NCBI GenBank assembly: GCA_963785725.1
Contig: CAWAWS010000005.1
Coordinates: 256,001 to 320,000, forward strand
Reading direction: 5' to 3'
Length of the DNA: 64,000 bases
DNA from: an uncultured delta proteobacterium
GTDB taxonomy: Bacteria; Myxococcota_A; Polyangia; Palsa-1104
Both the position numbers and the translations under genes were made by a program. Shown one piece after another: positions 36,853 through 46,812 of this stretch. The notes under the pieces are model-generated. The model was not told the DNA's origin. It searched no databases and worked only from the letters and a program-made list of their open reading frames with translations. Within the stretch, counting starts at the first letter, position 1. Each line of letters opens with the position of its first letter.

Positions 36853-37640
36853 AGCGGACGCTCTTGGTCGTCATGCTGGCCGCGGCCGCGTGCAAGCCGT
36901 CGCCACCGCCGCCGCCGCCGCCGGCCGCGACGCCGGTGCAGCCGCCCGACGCCGCCGCGCTCTACGCCGACGGCAAAGCCGCGCTCGCCGAGAAGAAGCT
37001 GGCACAAGCGGTGAGCCTGTTCACGCGCGCCAGCGCCGCCGCCGGCGACGCCGAGCTGCGCGCCAACTGCTGGCTCGGCCTCGGCGCCGCGTACGGCGAG
37101 CAAGGCGACCACGCGCACGCCGTCGCCGCCTACGAGCAGGTCACGGTGTTGCGCCCCGACGACGCCGACGCCTGGCGCGTGCTCGCCGAGGGCCTGGAAG
37201 CCGCCGGCAAGCGCGACCGCCAGGCGCAGGCGCTCGAGCACGTCGTGGCCATCGACCGCGACGACCTGGCGGCGTTCTTGGATCTGGCCGGCCTCGACGC
37301 AGCGCTCGGTAAAATCGACGCATCGAAAGACGTCTACGTCCGTTACGAGGCGCGGCGTCGCGATGCGCTGGTGGCGCTCGGCAAGGCCAAAGATCCGGCG
37401 GCGCGCGCGCAGGCGGCCGACATCTTGGGCGGCGCGCGCGACGCGGCGACGGCACGCGCGCTCGTGCTGGCGCTGACGGACAAGGATCCGACGGTTCGCG
37501 TCGCCTGCGCGCAGGCGTTGACGCGCGTCGGCCTCGACGTCGACCCCGACGTGCGCCCGGCGCTGAAGGCGCTGCTCGGCAAGGAGAAAGACGAGCGCGT
37601 CCGCACCGCCGTCGACAACGCGCTGTCGTCGACCGATTAA
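36849..37640 (+). CDS. TPR/HEAT-repeat lipoprotein
   Basis: MKRTLLVVMLAAAAC lipobox, Pro linker, TPRs, HEAT-like LTDKDPTVRVAC; ATGA overlap with the kinase. Confidence 0.75.
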   Translation: MKRTLLVVMLAAAACKPSPPPPPPPAATPVQPPDAAALYADGKAALAEKKLAQAVSLFTRASAAAGDAELRANCWLGLGAAYGEQGDHAHAVAAYEQVTVLRPDDADAWRVLAEGLEAAGKRDRQAQALEHVVAIDRDDLAAFLDLAGLDAALGKIDASKDVYVRYEARRRDALVALGKAKDPAARAQAADILGGARDAATARALVLALTDKDPTVRVACAQALTRVGLDVDPDVRPALKALLGKEKDERVRTAVDNALSSTD

Positions 37641-37691
37641 CCCCTACGGCGGCTGGGAATTGCGAGTGAGCGCGGACGGGACGCGCGAGCG

Positions 37692-38834
37692 CTACTTGTT
37701 CAGCGCGAGGGCGTAGAAGTAACCGCCGTTCGACAGGACGTACACCTGTTTGCCGTCGGAGATCGGCGCCGACGACACGCCGTGACCGGGGAAGAAGAAC
37801 TGGTACAGCCGGCCGCTAGCGGCGTCGGCGATGTACGTGCCACCGGTCGCGCCCGACGACGACACCAGCACGTAGCGGTTGATGAGCGTCGGCTCCGACA
37901 GCTCGCCGCCTTCGGTCAGCGACTGGCGCCACAAGAGCCGGCCGTCCATGTCGAGCGCGTGCAGGCCGTTCTTCGCCGCCGTGAAATAGAGCCGCCCGCC
38001 TTTGCCGCTGACGGTGCCCGCGCCCTCGACGTCGAAGCGCCACTTGGTCGAGCCGTCCTTGGGATCGAGCGCGTAGACGCCGCTCGAGTAGGCCGAGACG
38101 AAGAGCGTGTCGCGGTAAAAGAGCGGCGTCGAGTCGACGTCCATGAAGCGCGTGGCCTCGCCGGCGAGCGAGCGCGCCCAGGTCACGTCGCCCGTCGCCG
38201 CCGACAAGCAGGCCAGGTAGCCGTCGGAGAAGCCGACGTAGACGCGACCGTTGATGACGAGCGGCGCCGGATAGCCGCGAATGGTGAAGGCCTCGGGCGC
38301 CTCGCGATCGTACTGCCACTTCCACTTGCCCGAGCGCGCGTCGAGCGCATAGACGCGGTTCTCGCCGCTCGTGAAATAGAGCAGGTCGATGGCGAACACC
38401 GGCTGCGACGCGATGGGCCCGCGCGTCTTGTAGGTCCAGCGCTCCTCGCCGGTGATGGCGTCGAGCGCGTACAGAGCGCCGTCGTCGCAGCCGACGTAGA
38501 CGAGCCCGGTGTCGGCGACGAAGCGCGGCTGGCCGCTGATGGCGCCGCCGAGCTTGTGCTCCCAAATCTTCTGGCCGTCGCGCACGTCGAGCGCGTACAG
38601 GATGCCGCCCGACGAGCCGATGTAGACGCGTTTGCCGTCGGTGGCCGCGCGCGCGAACTCCTGCGGCTTGTACTCGATGAGCGGCTCTTCGGTCAGATGG
38701 CGCCGCCAACGCACTTGCAGCACGTCGACCGGCGCCACGTACGACTCGCGCGCCATGCCCGGAATCGGCGCGCTCGCGCAACCCATCGTCGACAAGGCGG
38801 CGGAAACGGTGACGATGAGCGCGCTACGGTTCAT
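37692..38834 (-). CDS. bamB: PQQ-like beta-propeller lipoprotein, BamB-like
   Basis: Lipobox STMGC, repeated LYALD..G..W propeller blades, directly downstream of a YfgM-like gene. Confidence 0.7.
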   Translation of the reverse strand: MNRSALIVTVSAALSTMGCASAPIPGMARESYVAPVDVLQVRWRRHLTEEPLIEYKPQEFARAATDGKRVYIGSSGGILYALDVRDGQKIWEHKLGGAISGQPRFVADTGLVYVGCDDGALYALDAITGEERWTYKTRGPIASQPVFAIDLLYFTSGENRVYALDARSGKWKWQYDREAPEAFTIRGYPAPLVINGRVYVGFSDGYLACLSAATGDVTWARSLAGEATRFMDVDSTPLFYRDTLFVSAYSSGVYALDPKDGSTKWRFDVEGAGTVSGKGGRLYFTAAKNGLHALDMDGRLLWRQSLTEGGELSEPTLINRYVLVSSSGATGGTYIADAASGRLYQFFFPGHGVSSAPISDGKQVYVLSNGGYFYALALNK

Positions 38835-39571
38835 TGCCCCTCGAGCTGCGCGATCTGGTTCTGCGCCTCGTCTTTGAGCGGCGAGGTCGGCGTCTTGGCG
38901 ATCAGCTCCTTGAGCTTCTCGGCCGCGCCTTTCTTGTCGCCCTTCTTGGTCAGCACGCGCGCTTCGTCCCACAAGGCGCGGTCGCGATAGTAGTCGCCCG
39001 TCTTCGGCTCGAGCTGCTTGTACTCGGCCAGCGCGTCGTCGAGCTTGCCCTGCTGCTCTTTGCAGAGGCCGAGGCCTTCGCGCGCCACGGCCTGCAGCGG
39101 CGACGGATGCGCGTCCTCGAGGAACTTGGCGTAGGCGGCGGCCGCGTCGTCGAGACGCCCTTGATCGAAGTAGATGCCGGCGCGGAACAGCTTGGCCTCG
39201 TGCGCCGCGCCCGAGCTTGAGTGCTTGCCGTCGAACTCGTCGAGCGCCTTCAACGTCGCGTCGGCGCGCTCTTTCTCGGTCTTGAAGCGCGGAATCGGGT
39301 TCTCTTCTTCCGTCTGCTTCGGCGGCTCGTCCGTCGTCAACAGGTCGGCCTCGTAGATGCGCACGGCGCGACCAAAGTCTTCCGTCGCCAACTGCTGCTT
39401 GTGCTCGCTGAACGTCGTCGCGCCCCACACGGCCGCGACCAGCACCGCCGCGGTGACCGCGGTGATGGCGATGGCGCGAGCATAAGGCTCGATTTGCTTG
39501 AAAACCTTGTCCCAGAAGCTGACGAACTCGTCTTCGGGGGCCGTTCGCTGCTTGCGCGTGTACTTCGACAT
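38831..39571 (-). CDS. YfgM-like membrane-anchored TPR protein
   Basis: N-terminal EDEFVSFW, single TM, TPRs; yfgM-bamB order. Confidence 0.7.
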   Translation of the reverse strand: MSKYTRKQRTAPEDEFVSFWDKVFKQIEPYARAIAITAVTAAVLVAAVWGATTFSEHKQQLATEDFGRAVRIYEADLLTTDEPPKQTEEENPIPRFKTEKERADATLKALDEFDGKHSSSGAAHEAKLFRAGIYFDQGRLDDAAAAYAKFLEDAHPSPLQAVAREGLGLCKEQQGKLDDALAEYKQLEPKTGDYYRDRALWDEARVLTKKGDKKGAAEKLKELIAKTPTSPLKDEAQNQIAQLEGQ

Positions 39572-39680
39572 GGGGGATGCGGTCTTAGCAGGTTGAGGAC
39601 GAATCGTCTAGCGCGCCCGGAACTACGCCGACCGACTTCGAGCGGATGGACGCGCCACCGTTGCGCCTGGTTGCTCGCGC

Positions 39681-40307
39681 GTGTTAACTGGCGCAGTGAT
39701 TCGAGCCACCCGGGCCCTCGCCGCCGCACCGCGCAAGGTAGGGCGAGCCGCCGCGCTGGCGCTGGCACTCGTCGCCGTGACGGCACCGCCGGCGGCGCGT
39801 GCCGATCGCAACGAGTGGTCGGTGTCGGCGTTTCCCGCCTACGCCGTCACCTACGTCGACTCGCGCGCGCCGTCGGGCGGCGGCCTCGGCGGCGAAGTCG
39901 GCTACGGCGTCACCGAATCCTTGACGCTGCAGGCCACCGGCTTCACCAGCTGGCACCCGGTCAAGGCCACGAAGACCACCGCCAAAGGCACGCTCGGCGA
40001 GTTCGCCGGCATGCTCGGCCTCAACTACGCGCTCGACGTCATCCGCCTCGTGCCGTCGTTCGACGTCAGCTTCGGCGTCCTCGGCATCCGCGGCGACGCC
40101 GACTTCACGACCAGCCGCAAAGCCACCGCCGTCGTCCCCGCGTCGACGGCGTTCGGCATCGGCCTCGGCTTCAACTTGGACTACTTGATCACGCGTCACA
40201 TCGCCGTCGGAATCATCGTCCGCTATCACGCATTCCTGACGGATATCACCCGCATCCCCGTCTACCTGTTCGTCGGTCCGCGCGTCACCTTCCGCTTCGG
40301 CGGCTGA
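39681..40307 (+). CDS. Small outer-membrane beta-barrel protein
   Basis: Signal peptide ending PAARA, alternating strands, C-terminal GPRVTFRF. Confidence 0.65.
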   Translation: MLTGAVIRATRALAAAPRKVGRAAALALALVAVTAPPAARADRNEWSVSAFPAYAVTYVDSRAPSGGGLGGEVGYGVTESLTLQATGFTSWHPVKATKTTAKGTLGEFAGMLGLNYALDVIRLVPSFDVSFGVLGIRGDADFTTSRKATAVVPASTAFGIGLGFNLDYLITRHIAVGIIVRYHAFLTDITRIPVYLFVGPRVTFRFGG

Positions 40308-40342
40308 CCCTCCGGCCGCCGCGCCGTGTTACCTTCGTCGCC

Positions 40343-41257
40343 ATGAACACCGAGCCGTTCCTACCGAGCTCGCGCAAGAGCAATCCGCTGCGCTCCAAGG
40401 CGAGCAAGACCATCCTCTTGTGGCTGCTGCTCATCGTGATGTTCGTGAGCATCTACCAGCTGTTCACGGCGCCGACGCCAGGGCACCATCACCAGCAAGC
40501 GCCGACGCCCGATCCATTCGCGTCGCTCTGGCCGCAATGGAGCCTGATGGGCCTCGTCTTCGCGTCCTTCGTCGGCTGGGGCCTCTGGAACCGGCGGAAC
40601 GTGCGGCGCGCATTCGTCATGAACGGCGAAGGCCTCGAGCTGCTCGGTCGCGGCGAGCTGAAGAAGGCGCAGGCGCTGTTCGAGACGATGGGGCAACAGT
40701 TCGGTCGCCTGCGCACGTTCAAGGGCCTGGCGCAGCACAACCTCGCCTGGGTCTTGCTCACCGACGGACAGCTCGAGCGCGCCACGGCCGAGTTGACCGC
40801 GCTCGAGAAGAGCGATGGCCTGGCGACGGCGCCGGCGCTCAAGCCGGGCGCGGCGTCGATGCTGGCGCTGTGTCACGCGCTGGCGGGCAACTTCGAGCTG
40901 GCGACGCCGTGGCTCGCCGAAGCCGAGAAGCGCAAGCCGGCCGCGGGCGAGCCGTTGCGGATCACGGGCACGCTGACGGTGGTGCGCGCCATCATGTTCT
41001 GCCGTCAAGGTCAGCCGGCCGAGGCGACGCGCATGCTCGATCGCGATTGGCACACGCTCGAAGGGCTCGGCGGCGATCAGCTGCGGCCGCTACGCCTCTT
41101 GCGCGCCTTCGCCGCGTCGGCGACGGGCGGACCGCGCGACGACGGCGCCGTCGACCGCCTGCTGGCGCCGCTGCGCGAGAGTCGCCCCGGCTCGCTGCGC
41201 TATCTGACCGTCGCCTGGCCCGAGCTCGGCGCGTTCATAGACCTGCACCACGTCTGA
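40343..41257 (+). CDS. Two-TM membrane protein with TPR-like domain
   Basis: C-terminal part of ORF 39221..41257 from MNTEPF; TM KTILLWLLLIVMFVSIYQLF; AQHNLAWVLL helices. Confidence 0.7.
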   Translation: MNTEPFLPSSRKSNPLRSKASKTILLWLLLIVMFVSIYQLFTAPTPGHHHQQAPTPDPFASLWPQWSLMGLVFASFVGWGLWNRRNVRRAFVMNGEGLELLGRGELKKAQALFETMGQQFGRLRTFKGLAQHNLAWVLLTDGQLERATAELTALEKSDGLATAPALKPGAASMLALCHALAGNFELATPWLAEAEKRKPAAGEPLRITGTLTVVRAIMFCRQGQPAEATRMLDRDWHTLEGLGGDQLRPLRLLRAFAASATGGPRDDGAVDRLLAPLRESRPGSLRYLTVAWPELGAFIDLHHV

Positions 41258-41259
41258 CG

Positions 41260-41538
41260 TCAGAGGCGCTCGGCACCGACGATGAAGTGGTCGCCCTCGC
41301 CGCGCACGTTGCGAACGGTGGCCTCGACCAAGATGTCGTCGTCGTGACGCAGGCCGAGCAGGATGCGATCGCCGACCTGCAAGCCGACGGCGCTGGTGAA
41401 CGAGAAGCCGCTCTCGCTGATGTCGCGCGCGGGCACGATCATCCGGCCGTGCGGCTCGGGCGCGCGCACTTCCAAGTGGCGCTCGAACGGATAGCGCGCA
41501 TGACGGCGACGTTCAGCCGGACGATCCATGCCCGTCAT
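41260..41538 (-). CDS. Stand-alone PilZ domain protein
   Basis: RRHARYP (RxxxR) and DISESG (DxSxxG) c-di-GMP motifs. Confidence 0.85.
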   Translation of the reverse strand: MTGMDRPAERRRHARYPFERHLEVRAPEPHGRMIVPARDISESGFSFTSAVGLQVGDRILLGLRHDDDILVEATVRNVRGEGDHFIVGAERL

Positions 41539-41666
41539 CGTTAGCAGGAGCGATGCCGACCGTATATAGCGGAATTAACTATGATCTACTGCACGAAACG
41601 GGGGCTGCCACCCGCATTTTCGGAGGGTCGGAGGTCCCGATCCCCCGGTTTCCGGTCACTCGCCCG

Positions 41667-42074
41667 TCAGGGATTGGTCGGGTGGGTCTTGGGCGGCGGG
41701 CCATCGTCATCGAGCATCTGGATCGGCGCCTTCTTCTGTCCGACCGCAGCCGCCGAGTCGTAGGCGATGGTGCTGATGCGCGCGCGCGGGATCGACAGCA
41801 TGCCGAGCGAGCAGTCGATGATGAGCACCTGCGCCTCCTCGGCGTGCACGGTGCCGGCCACGGTCGAGCCGTCGTTGAGGCGCACGCGAACGGCGCGCCC
41901 TTCGGGGACTCCCCCGTCGCCCACGGCGACGCCGCCGCCGTCGGGCGGCTTGGCTGCCGCTGCCGCCGCCTTGCTGGCGGCGCGGGTGCGCGGCTTGTCG
42001 TCGGCGTGCGCCACCGTCAACGTCACCGCGGCCGACAGGAAGAGCGCGCCCAACAGCGCTGCGCGAACGGTCAC
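41667..42074 (-). CDS. Secreted hypothetical protein with small beta domain
   Basis: Signal ending VAHA; VRVRLNDGSTVAGTV..IPRARISTI. Confidence 0.6.
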   Translation of the reverse strand: MTVRAALLGALFLSAAVTLTVAHADDKPRTRAASKAAAAAAKPPDGGGVAVGDGGVPEGRAVRVRLNDGSTVAGTVHAEEAQVLIIDCSLGMLSIPRARISTIAYDSAAAVGQKKAPIQMLDDDGPPPKTHPTNP

Positions 42075-42087
42075 CGCGTCACCCGCA

Positions 42088-42336
42088 TCAACCGACGAGC
42101 AGCCAGGCCAAGAGCGCGCTCAACAGCATGACGACGCCCACGGCCCCGGTGGCGACGGCGCGGCGCGCGGCTTTGCGGGCGCGCGTGCGCACTTCGTCGC
42201 GGTGGCGCGCGGCGGACGACAGCTCGCCGCCGCAGCGCGGACAGAGCGCCGTGCCTTCCGGAAAAGGCTCGTCGCAGCGAACGCACCAGCGGCCGCGGTC
42301 GTGCGGGCGAAATTGGACGTCGATGACTTTGCCCAA
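42088..42336 (-). CDS. Small zinc-ribbon membrane protein
   Basis: CVRC..CPRC plus C-terminal TM. Confidence 0.6.
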   Translation of the reverse strand: MGKVIDVQFRPHDRGRWCVRCDEPFPEGTALCPRCGGELSSAARHRDEVRTRARKAARRAVATGAVGVVMLLSALLAWLLVG

Positions 42337-42412
42337 TCTCCACTAGCATAGCGCAACTACGAGCCGGCGTCCCTCTTGATCGGCAGCGCCTGATGCGCAG
42401 ATCCTGCCAGTC

Positions 42413-43516
42413 ATGCAGCCACCGGTGGACCATCCAGACGAGATCCTGGTCGTGGACGACGATCAGGACAACCGCTCGGTCTACGCGCTCCTGCTCGCCG
42501 ACGCCGGTTACGCGGTGCGTGAGGCGGCCGACGGCGAGCGCTGCCTAACGGCGGTCGCGCAGAAGCGGCCGTCGCTCATCGTGCTCGACGTGTCGATGCC
42601 GGGCATGGACGGCTTCGAGACGCTGCGCCGGCTGCGCGCCGGCCAGTTTCACGACCTCCCCGTCATTCTCGTCACCGGTAATCGCATCGATCCCGAGTCG
42701 ATCGGCTCGGGCTTGGAGCTGGGCGCCGAGGAATATCTGCAGAAGCCGGTGCGCGCCGGCGAGCTGCGCGCCCGCATTCGCGCGCTCCTCAAGCTGGCGG
42801 CGACGCGGCGCGAGCTCGAGGCGCTCAAGCGCGATCAGACGGCGATGCTGGTGCACGATCTCAAGCAGCCGCTGGCGATCATCGCGCTGCGCGCCGAGTT
42901 CATCGAGGACGAAGATCCCAGCCTCGAGACCAAGCAGTCGGCCAAGACGATCCGCTCGGCCTGCCGGCAAATGGAGCAGCTCATCAACGGCGTGCTCGAG
43001 CTGTCGCGCGTCGAGGCCGGCCACTTGACGCTGGCGCGCGCGCCGGTGGCGCTCGACGCGCTCGTCGCCGAGACCGTGGACGAGATGCGCGACCTCGGCG
43101 TGCGCCGCGAGATCGCCATCGCGCTCGACACCGAAGCGCTGGGGCCGCCGAACGATCTCGACCGCTCCAAGATCGTGCAAGTCGTACAGAATCTCGTCGG
43201 CAACGCGCTCAAGTTCACGCCCGCGGGCGGGCGCATCGACGTCAGCGTGCGGCGCGCCGGGCACGAAGCGGTGGTGGCCGTCGAGGACACCGGGCCCGGC
43301 TTCGGCGACGCCGACGTCGCGCAGCTGTTCGACCGCTGGCACCAGACGCGCGCCGGCCGCGAGCGCGGCGGCAGCGGCCTAGGCCTCGCCATCGCGCGCG
43401 CCATCGTCGAGGCGCACGGCGGACGCATCGGCGCCGGCCATCGCACCGACGGCAAACGCGGCGCGCGCTTCTGGTTCACGCTGCCGCTCGGCGTGGCGCT
43501 CGCCGCCAACGGCTGA
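42413..43516 (+). CDS. Hybrid receiver-histidine kinase
   Basis: ILVVDDD, LDVSMPG, LQKP; VHDLKQPL; NLVGNALKF, DTGPG, GSGLGL. Confidence 0.9.
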   Translation: MQPPVDHPDEILVVDDDQDNRSVYALLLADAGYAVREAADGERCLTAVAQKRPSLIVLDVSMPGMDGFETLRRLRAGQFHDLPVILVTGNRIDPESIGSGLELGAEEYLQKPVRAGELRARIRALLKLAATRRELEALKRDQTAMLVHDLKQPLAIIALRAEFIEDEDPSLETKQSAKTIRSACRQMEQLINGVLELSRVEAGHLTLARAPVALDALVAETVDEMRDLGVRREIAIALDTEALGPPNDLDRSKIVQVVQNLVGNALKFTPAGGRIDVSVRRAGHEAVVAVEDTGPGFGDADVAQLFDRWHQTRAGRERGGSGLGLAIARAIVEAHGGRIGAGHRTDGKRGARFWFTLPLGVALAANG

Positions 43517-43559
43517 AGGCGCGCCCTACTTCGTCTTCGCTTTGGCCCGCAAGATCGGC

Positions 43560-44353
43560 TTGCCGCTGACGGTCGCGTGCGCCGGCGGCCGCGTGCAGTA
43601 GTCGCCGATGCCGCCGGCCAGCAGCTCAAACCCGCGCTCGCCCAGCGCCGACAGCGCCGCCAACTCCGGCATGCAGAACGCGCACAACCTCGCGTGGAAG
43701 CTCGCCGCCGTCCTCGCCGGCTAGGCCGGCTCGGCGCTGCTCGACACCTACGACGCCGAGCGCCGCCCCGTCGCCGCCGCCGTCGGCGCCATCGCCGGCA
43801 ACATGAACGACGCGCGCGGCCTCATCCGCGTCGGCCGAGGCCTCGGCTTTCTGTGGAGCATGCGCAAGTTCTTCCCCTATTTGACGATGGGCTACGGTTA
43901 CGCCTCGACGGCGATCGCGCTCGCGCGCGGCCGCGACCGGGACCCGGCACGACCGAGCTGCGCGGCCGACCGGGCACGCGGCTGCCGCACGCGTGGGTCG
44001 ATCGCAACGGCGCGCGCTGCTCGACGCTGGACGCGGTCGGGCGCGGCTTTACGCTGATCGCCGGCCGCGACGGCGCCGCTTGGCGCACGGCCGCGCAGAC
44101 GGCCTTCGCGCAACTCGCCATGCCGCTGACGACGCTGACCTTAGGCGTCGATCTCGGTGATCCTGAGCGTCGCGCGCAGCGGGCGTTCGGCATCGAGCCG
44201 ACGGGCGCGCTGCTCGTTCGCCCCGACGGCATCGTTGCCTGGCGCGCGCGCGTGGCCAGCGTCGATTCGGCCGCTGCGCTGAGCGCCGTCCTCGCGCAGC
44301 TACTCGACCGCGCCCCGCCCACGATCGCCGTTACCCACTCGAAACGCGCTTGA
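43560..44353 (+). pseudogene. C-terminal remnant of an FAD-dependent aromatic monooxygenase (PheA/RdmE-like)
   Basis: [36 protein letters not shown] with in-frame TAG at 43722; GRPGTRLPHAW and LLVRPDGIVAWR in another frame; no N-terminal GxGxxG half. Confidence 0.75.
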
Positions 44354-44386
44354 CGTTTGATCTTCGACAACGGTAGCGTGCGCCCG

Positions 44387-45265
44387 ATGCGCCGCGCCAT
44401 GCCCTACGTGTGCCTCGCCTTCGCCATCTCCTGCACGAACTCGACGGAGACGCCTACTCCGACGGGTCCGGTCGCGGAGACCACGTCGCCCAAAGACTCG
44501 CCGACGGCCTACAAGGTGCTCGCCGACGAGGTCAACAAGCAGGCGAACACGGCCGACTACCACGTGCTCTTGCCCGCGCAGCCCAAGCACGACGACGCCG
44601 ACGCGCTGCTCAAGTATCTATATCGCCACTTGATGACGCGCAACGAAGAGCCGCCGGCGGGCGTCGCGGCCTACGTCTACAGCGACGAGGCGCAGTACAA
44701 GACGCCGCCGCGCTCGCCCATCGCCAGCGTCATTCAGAAGCCGGGCGACGTCGGGCCGACCTTCGAGAACAAGGTGCCGCTCGAGTTCTGGCAGCAGATC
44801 GATCAGGCGATCCCGCACTCCGACAAGGGTTGGAAGCTGGAGAAGAAGATCGAGCGCGATGACGCGCAAAAGACGCTGACCATCACGTACAACTACACCG
44901 AGCCCGGCAAAGACGAATGGGCCGAGAAGCTCGGCTACAACCAGGCGATGGCCGAGTTCGCCGACGTCGCCAAGGACCTGTTCGAGAAGGTGCCGGAGCT
45001 GCACGCGATGACGTTCGTCGGGCGCTGGAAGGATCAGGACGTCGTCAAGATCTCGCTCGATCGCACGCAATATCAGGCGATCAACTTGGGCGACCTCGAG
45101 GAGCAGATCGGTCAGCTGCACGGCCGCGCGTTCCTCGAATTGTCGACGGGCAAAGGCAGCGACGCCTCGGTCGCCAAGAGCAACGCGCAGCGCATGCAAG
45201 CCCTCTACAAGAAGACACTCGGACAGCTCAAAGGGCATGTCTGGGTCGCTCCGACGCTGAAGTAA
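44387..45265 (+). CDS. Hypothetical lipoprotein
   Basis: Lipobox FAISC; strong coding bias; TAATG coupling to the porin gene. Confidence 0.7.
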   Translation: MRRAMPYVCLAFAISCTNSTETPTPTGPVAETTSPKDSPTAYKVLADEVNKQANTADYHVLLPAQPKHDDADALLKYLYRHLMTRNEEPPAGVAAYVYSDEAQYKTPPRSPIASVIQKPGDVGPTFENKVPLEFWQQIDQAIPHSDKGWKLEKKIERDDAQKTLTITYNYTEPGKDEWAEKLGYNQAMAEFADVAKDLFEKVPELHAMTFVGRWKDQDVVKISLDRTQYQAINLGDLEEQIGQLHGRAFLELSTGKGSDASVAKSNAQRMQALYKKTLGQLKGHVWVAPTLK

Positions 45266-46812
45266 TGGGCGTCGTGCGATTCAGCGGCCTATTTTTATGC
45301 CTGACCATGGCGTCACTCATTTCAGAGTCGCGCTGTTGGGGTGATGCGCCGGCGGCTCCGGCGCAGAGCACGGCGCTGTCGCCCGGAAGCGCGACGGCGC
45401 CGGCGGGTTCCGTCGATCCGGCGCCGGCCGCGCTCGATTCGCGGACGCCCAAGGGCGAGAAGAGCATCGCCGCCGAGGGCACGGCGCGCCAGCCGGGCTC
45501 GCCGCCGCCGGCCGACGAGACGGCGACCGGGTTCGACTTCGGCAGCTACGGCCGCATCGGCATCGGCATCGACGGCCGCGGCCACGAGGGCTACTCGACC
45601 AACGTCGTCTCGCACGGCTCGCGGCTGGAAGAGGCGCCCTACCTCGAGCTGAACTTCTATTACTCGCGCTCGGTCGGCGGCGATCCGCACAAGCGCTGGC
45701 GCGTCGTCTTCGTGCCTGCGTTCGCCGGCGGCGATCTCTTCCACTACACGGGCGACTTCACGTCGCACTTTGCCGTCCGCAACGCCTACGCCGAGACGCT
45801 CAACGTCGGCATCGAGGGCTTGTCGTTGTGGGCCGGCTCGCGCATGTACCGCGGCGACGACATCTACCTCTTCGACTACTGGCCGCTCGACAACTTGAAC
45901 ACCGTCGGCGCGGGCGCCAAATTCGAGCGCCACAAATTCGACGTCGCCCTGCACGTCGGCCTCAACCGCCTCGACGACCTCTATCAGTACGAAGTCTTGG
46001 CCACGCCGCCGCGCGGTCTCGGTCCCGCCGGCTCATCGGTGGTGCTCGATCGGCCGCGCTTCGTGTCGTCGCTCAAGCTGCAGCAGCGCTTCGGCGACTT
46101 TCCCGGCCTGAAAGTGGCGCTGTACGGCGAGTTGCACCTGCTACCGGCCGGCAGCGAGGTCGATGCGACGACCATGCTGCACACGGCGCTGCCGAGCGAC
46201 ACGGGCTGGGTCGTCGGCGCGCAGCTCGGCGGTTGGCTGCGGCCGTTCGTCTTCGCGAACCTGTGGGTGCGCGCCGCCGGCGGCCTCGCGGCCTACGGCG
46301 AGCTGTCGGTGCCGACCGGGCTCGATCCGACGCGCTCGGTCGCCCGCGCTCGCGAAGTCGTCATCGCGCTCTCGGCCAACTGGGAGTCGAGGCGCCTCGG
46401 CCTCATGGCCGGCGCTTACGTTCGCCGCTTCACCGACGCCAGCACCGCTTCGTTCAACCCCAACAGCTACTGGGAAGGCATCATCGCGCTGCGTCCGCAC
46501 ATCTACTGGAACGAATTTTTCCACAGCGCCATCGAGCTGTCGTATCAGGCGCGCCGCGCCGACGGCGACGACTTCGTCGCCAACCGCATCCTGACGCCGC
46601 AGGTCTTCCGCTTCTCGGCGCTGCCGCTGGTGGCGCCGCTCGGTCGCGGCACCTATTCGCGCCCGCAGCTCTACCTCGTCTACACGCTGTCGGTCATGAA
46701 CAGCGACAGCTACCAGGCGCTGTACGATCCGACCGACTACCGCTACGGCCAGAACGTCGTTCACTACATCGGGACAGGAGTCGAGTGGTGGTTCAACTCA
46801 AGTTACCGCTAG
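45265..46812 (+). CDS. LamB-like carbohydrate porin
   Basis: FDFGSYGRIG, LWAGSRMYRGDDIYLFDYW (LamB-like WAGxRxY..D), terminal GVEWWF; sits in a maltodextrin locus. Confidence 0.75.
   Translation: MGVVRFSGLFLCLTMASLISESRCWGDAPAAPAQSTALSPGSATAPAGSVDPAPAALDSRTPKGEKSIAAEGTARQPGSPPPADETATGFDFGSYGRIGIGIDGRGHEGYSTNVVSHGSRLEEAPYLELNFYYSRSVGGDPHKRWRVVFVPAFAGGDLFHYTGDFTSHFAVRNAYAETLNVGIEGLSLWAGSRMYRGDDIYLFDYWPLDNLNTVGAGAKFERHKFDVALHVGLNRLDDLYQYEVLATPPRGLGPAGSSVVLDRPRFVSSLKLQQRFGDFPGLKVALYGELHLLPAGSEVDATTMLHTALPSDTGWVVGAQLGGWLRPFVFANLWVRAAGGLAAYGELSVPTGLDPTRSVARAREVVIALSANWESRRLGLMAGAYVRRFTDASTASFNPNSYWEGIIALRPHIYWNEFFHSAIELSYQARRADGDDFVANRILTPQVFRFSALPLVAPLGRGTYSRPQLYLVYTLSVMNSDSYQALYDPTDYRYGQNVVHYIGTGVEWWFNSSYR

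Noticed and set aside
43722..43724. Pyrrolysine or readthrough TAG
   Set aside because: Gene is also truncated and frameshifted; no pyl genes in view.
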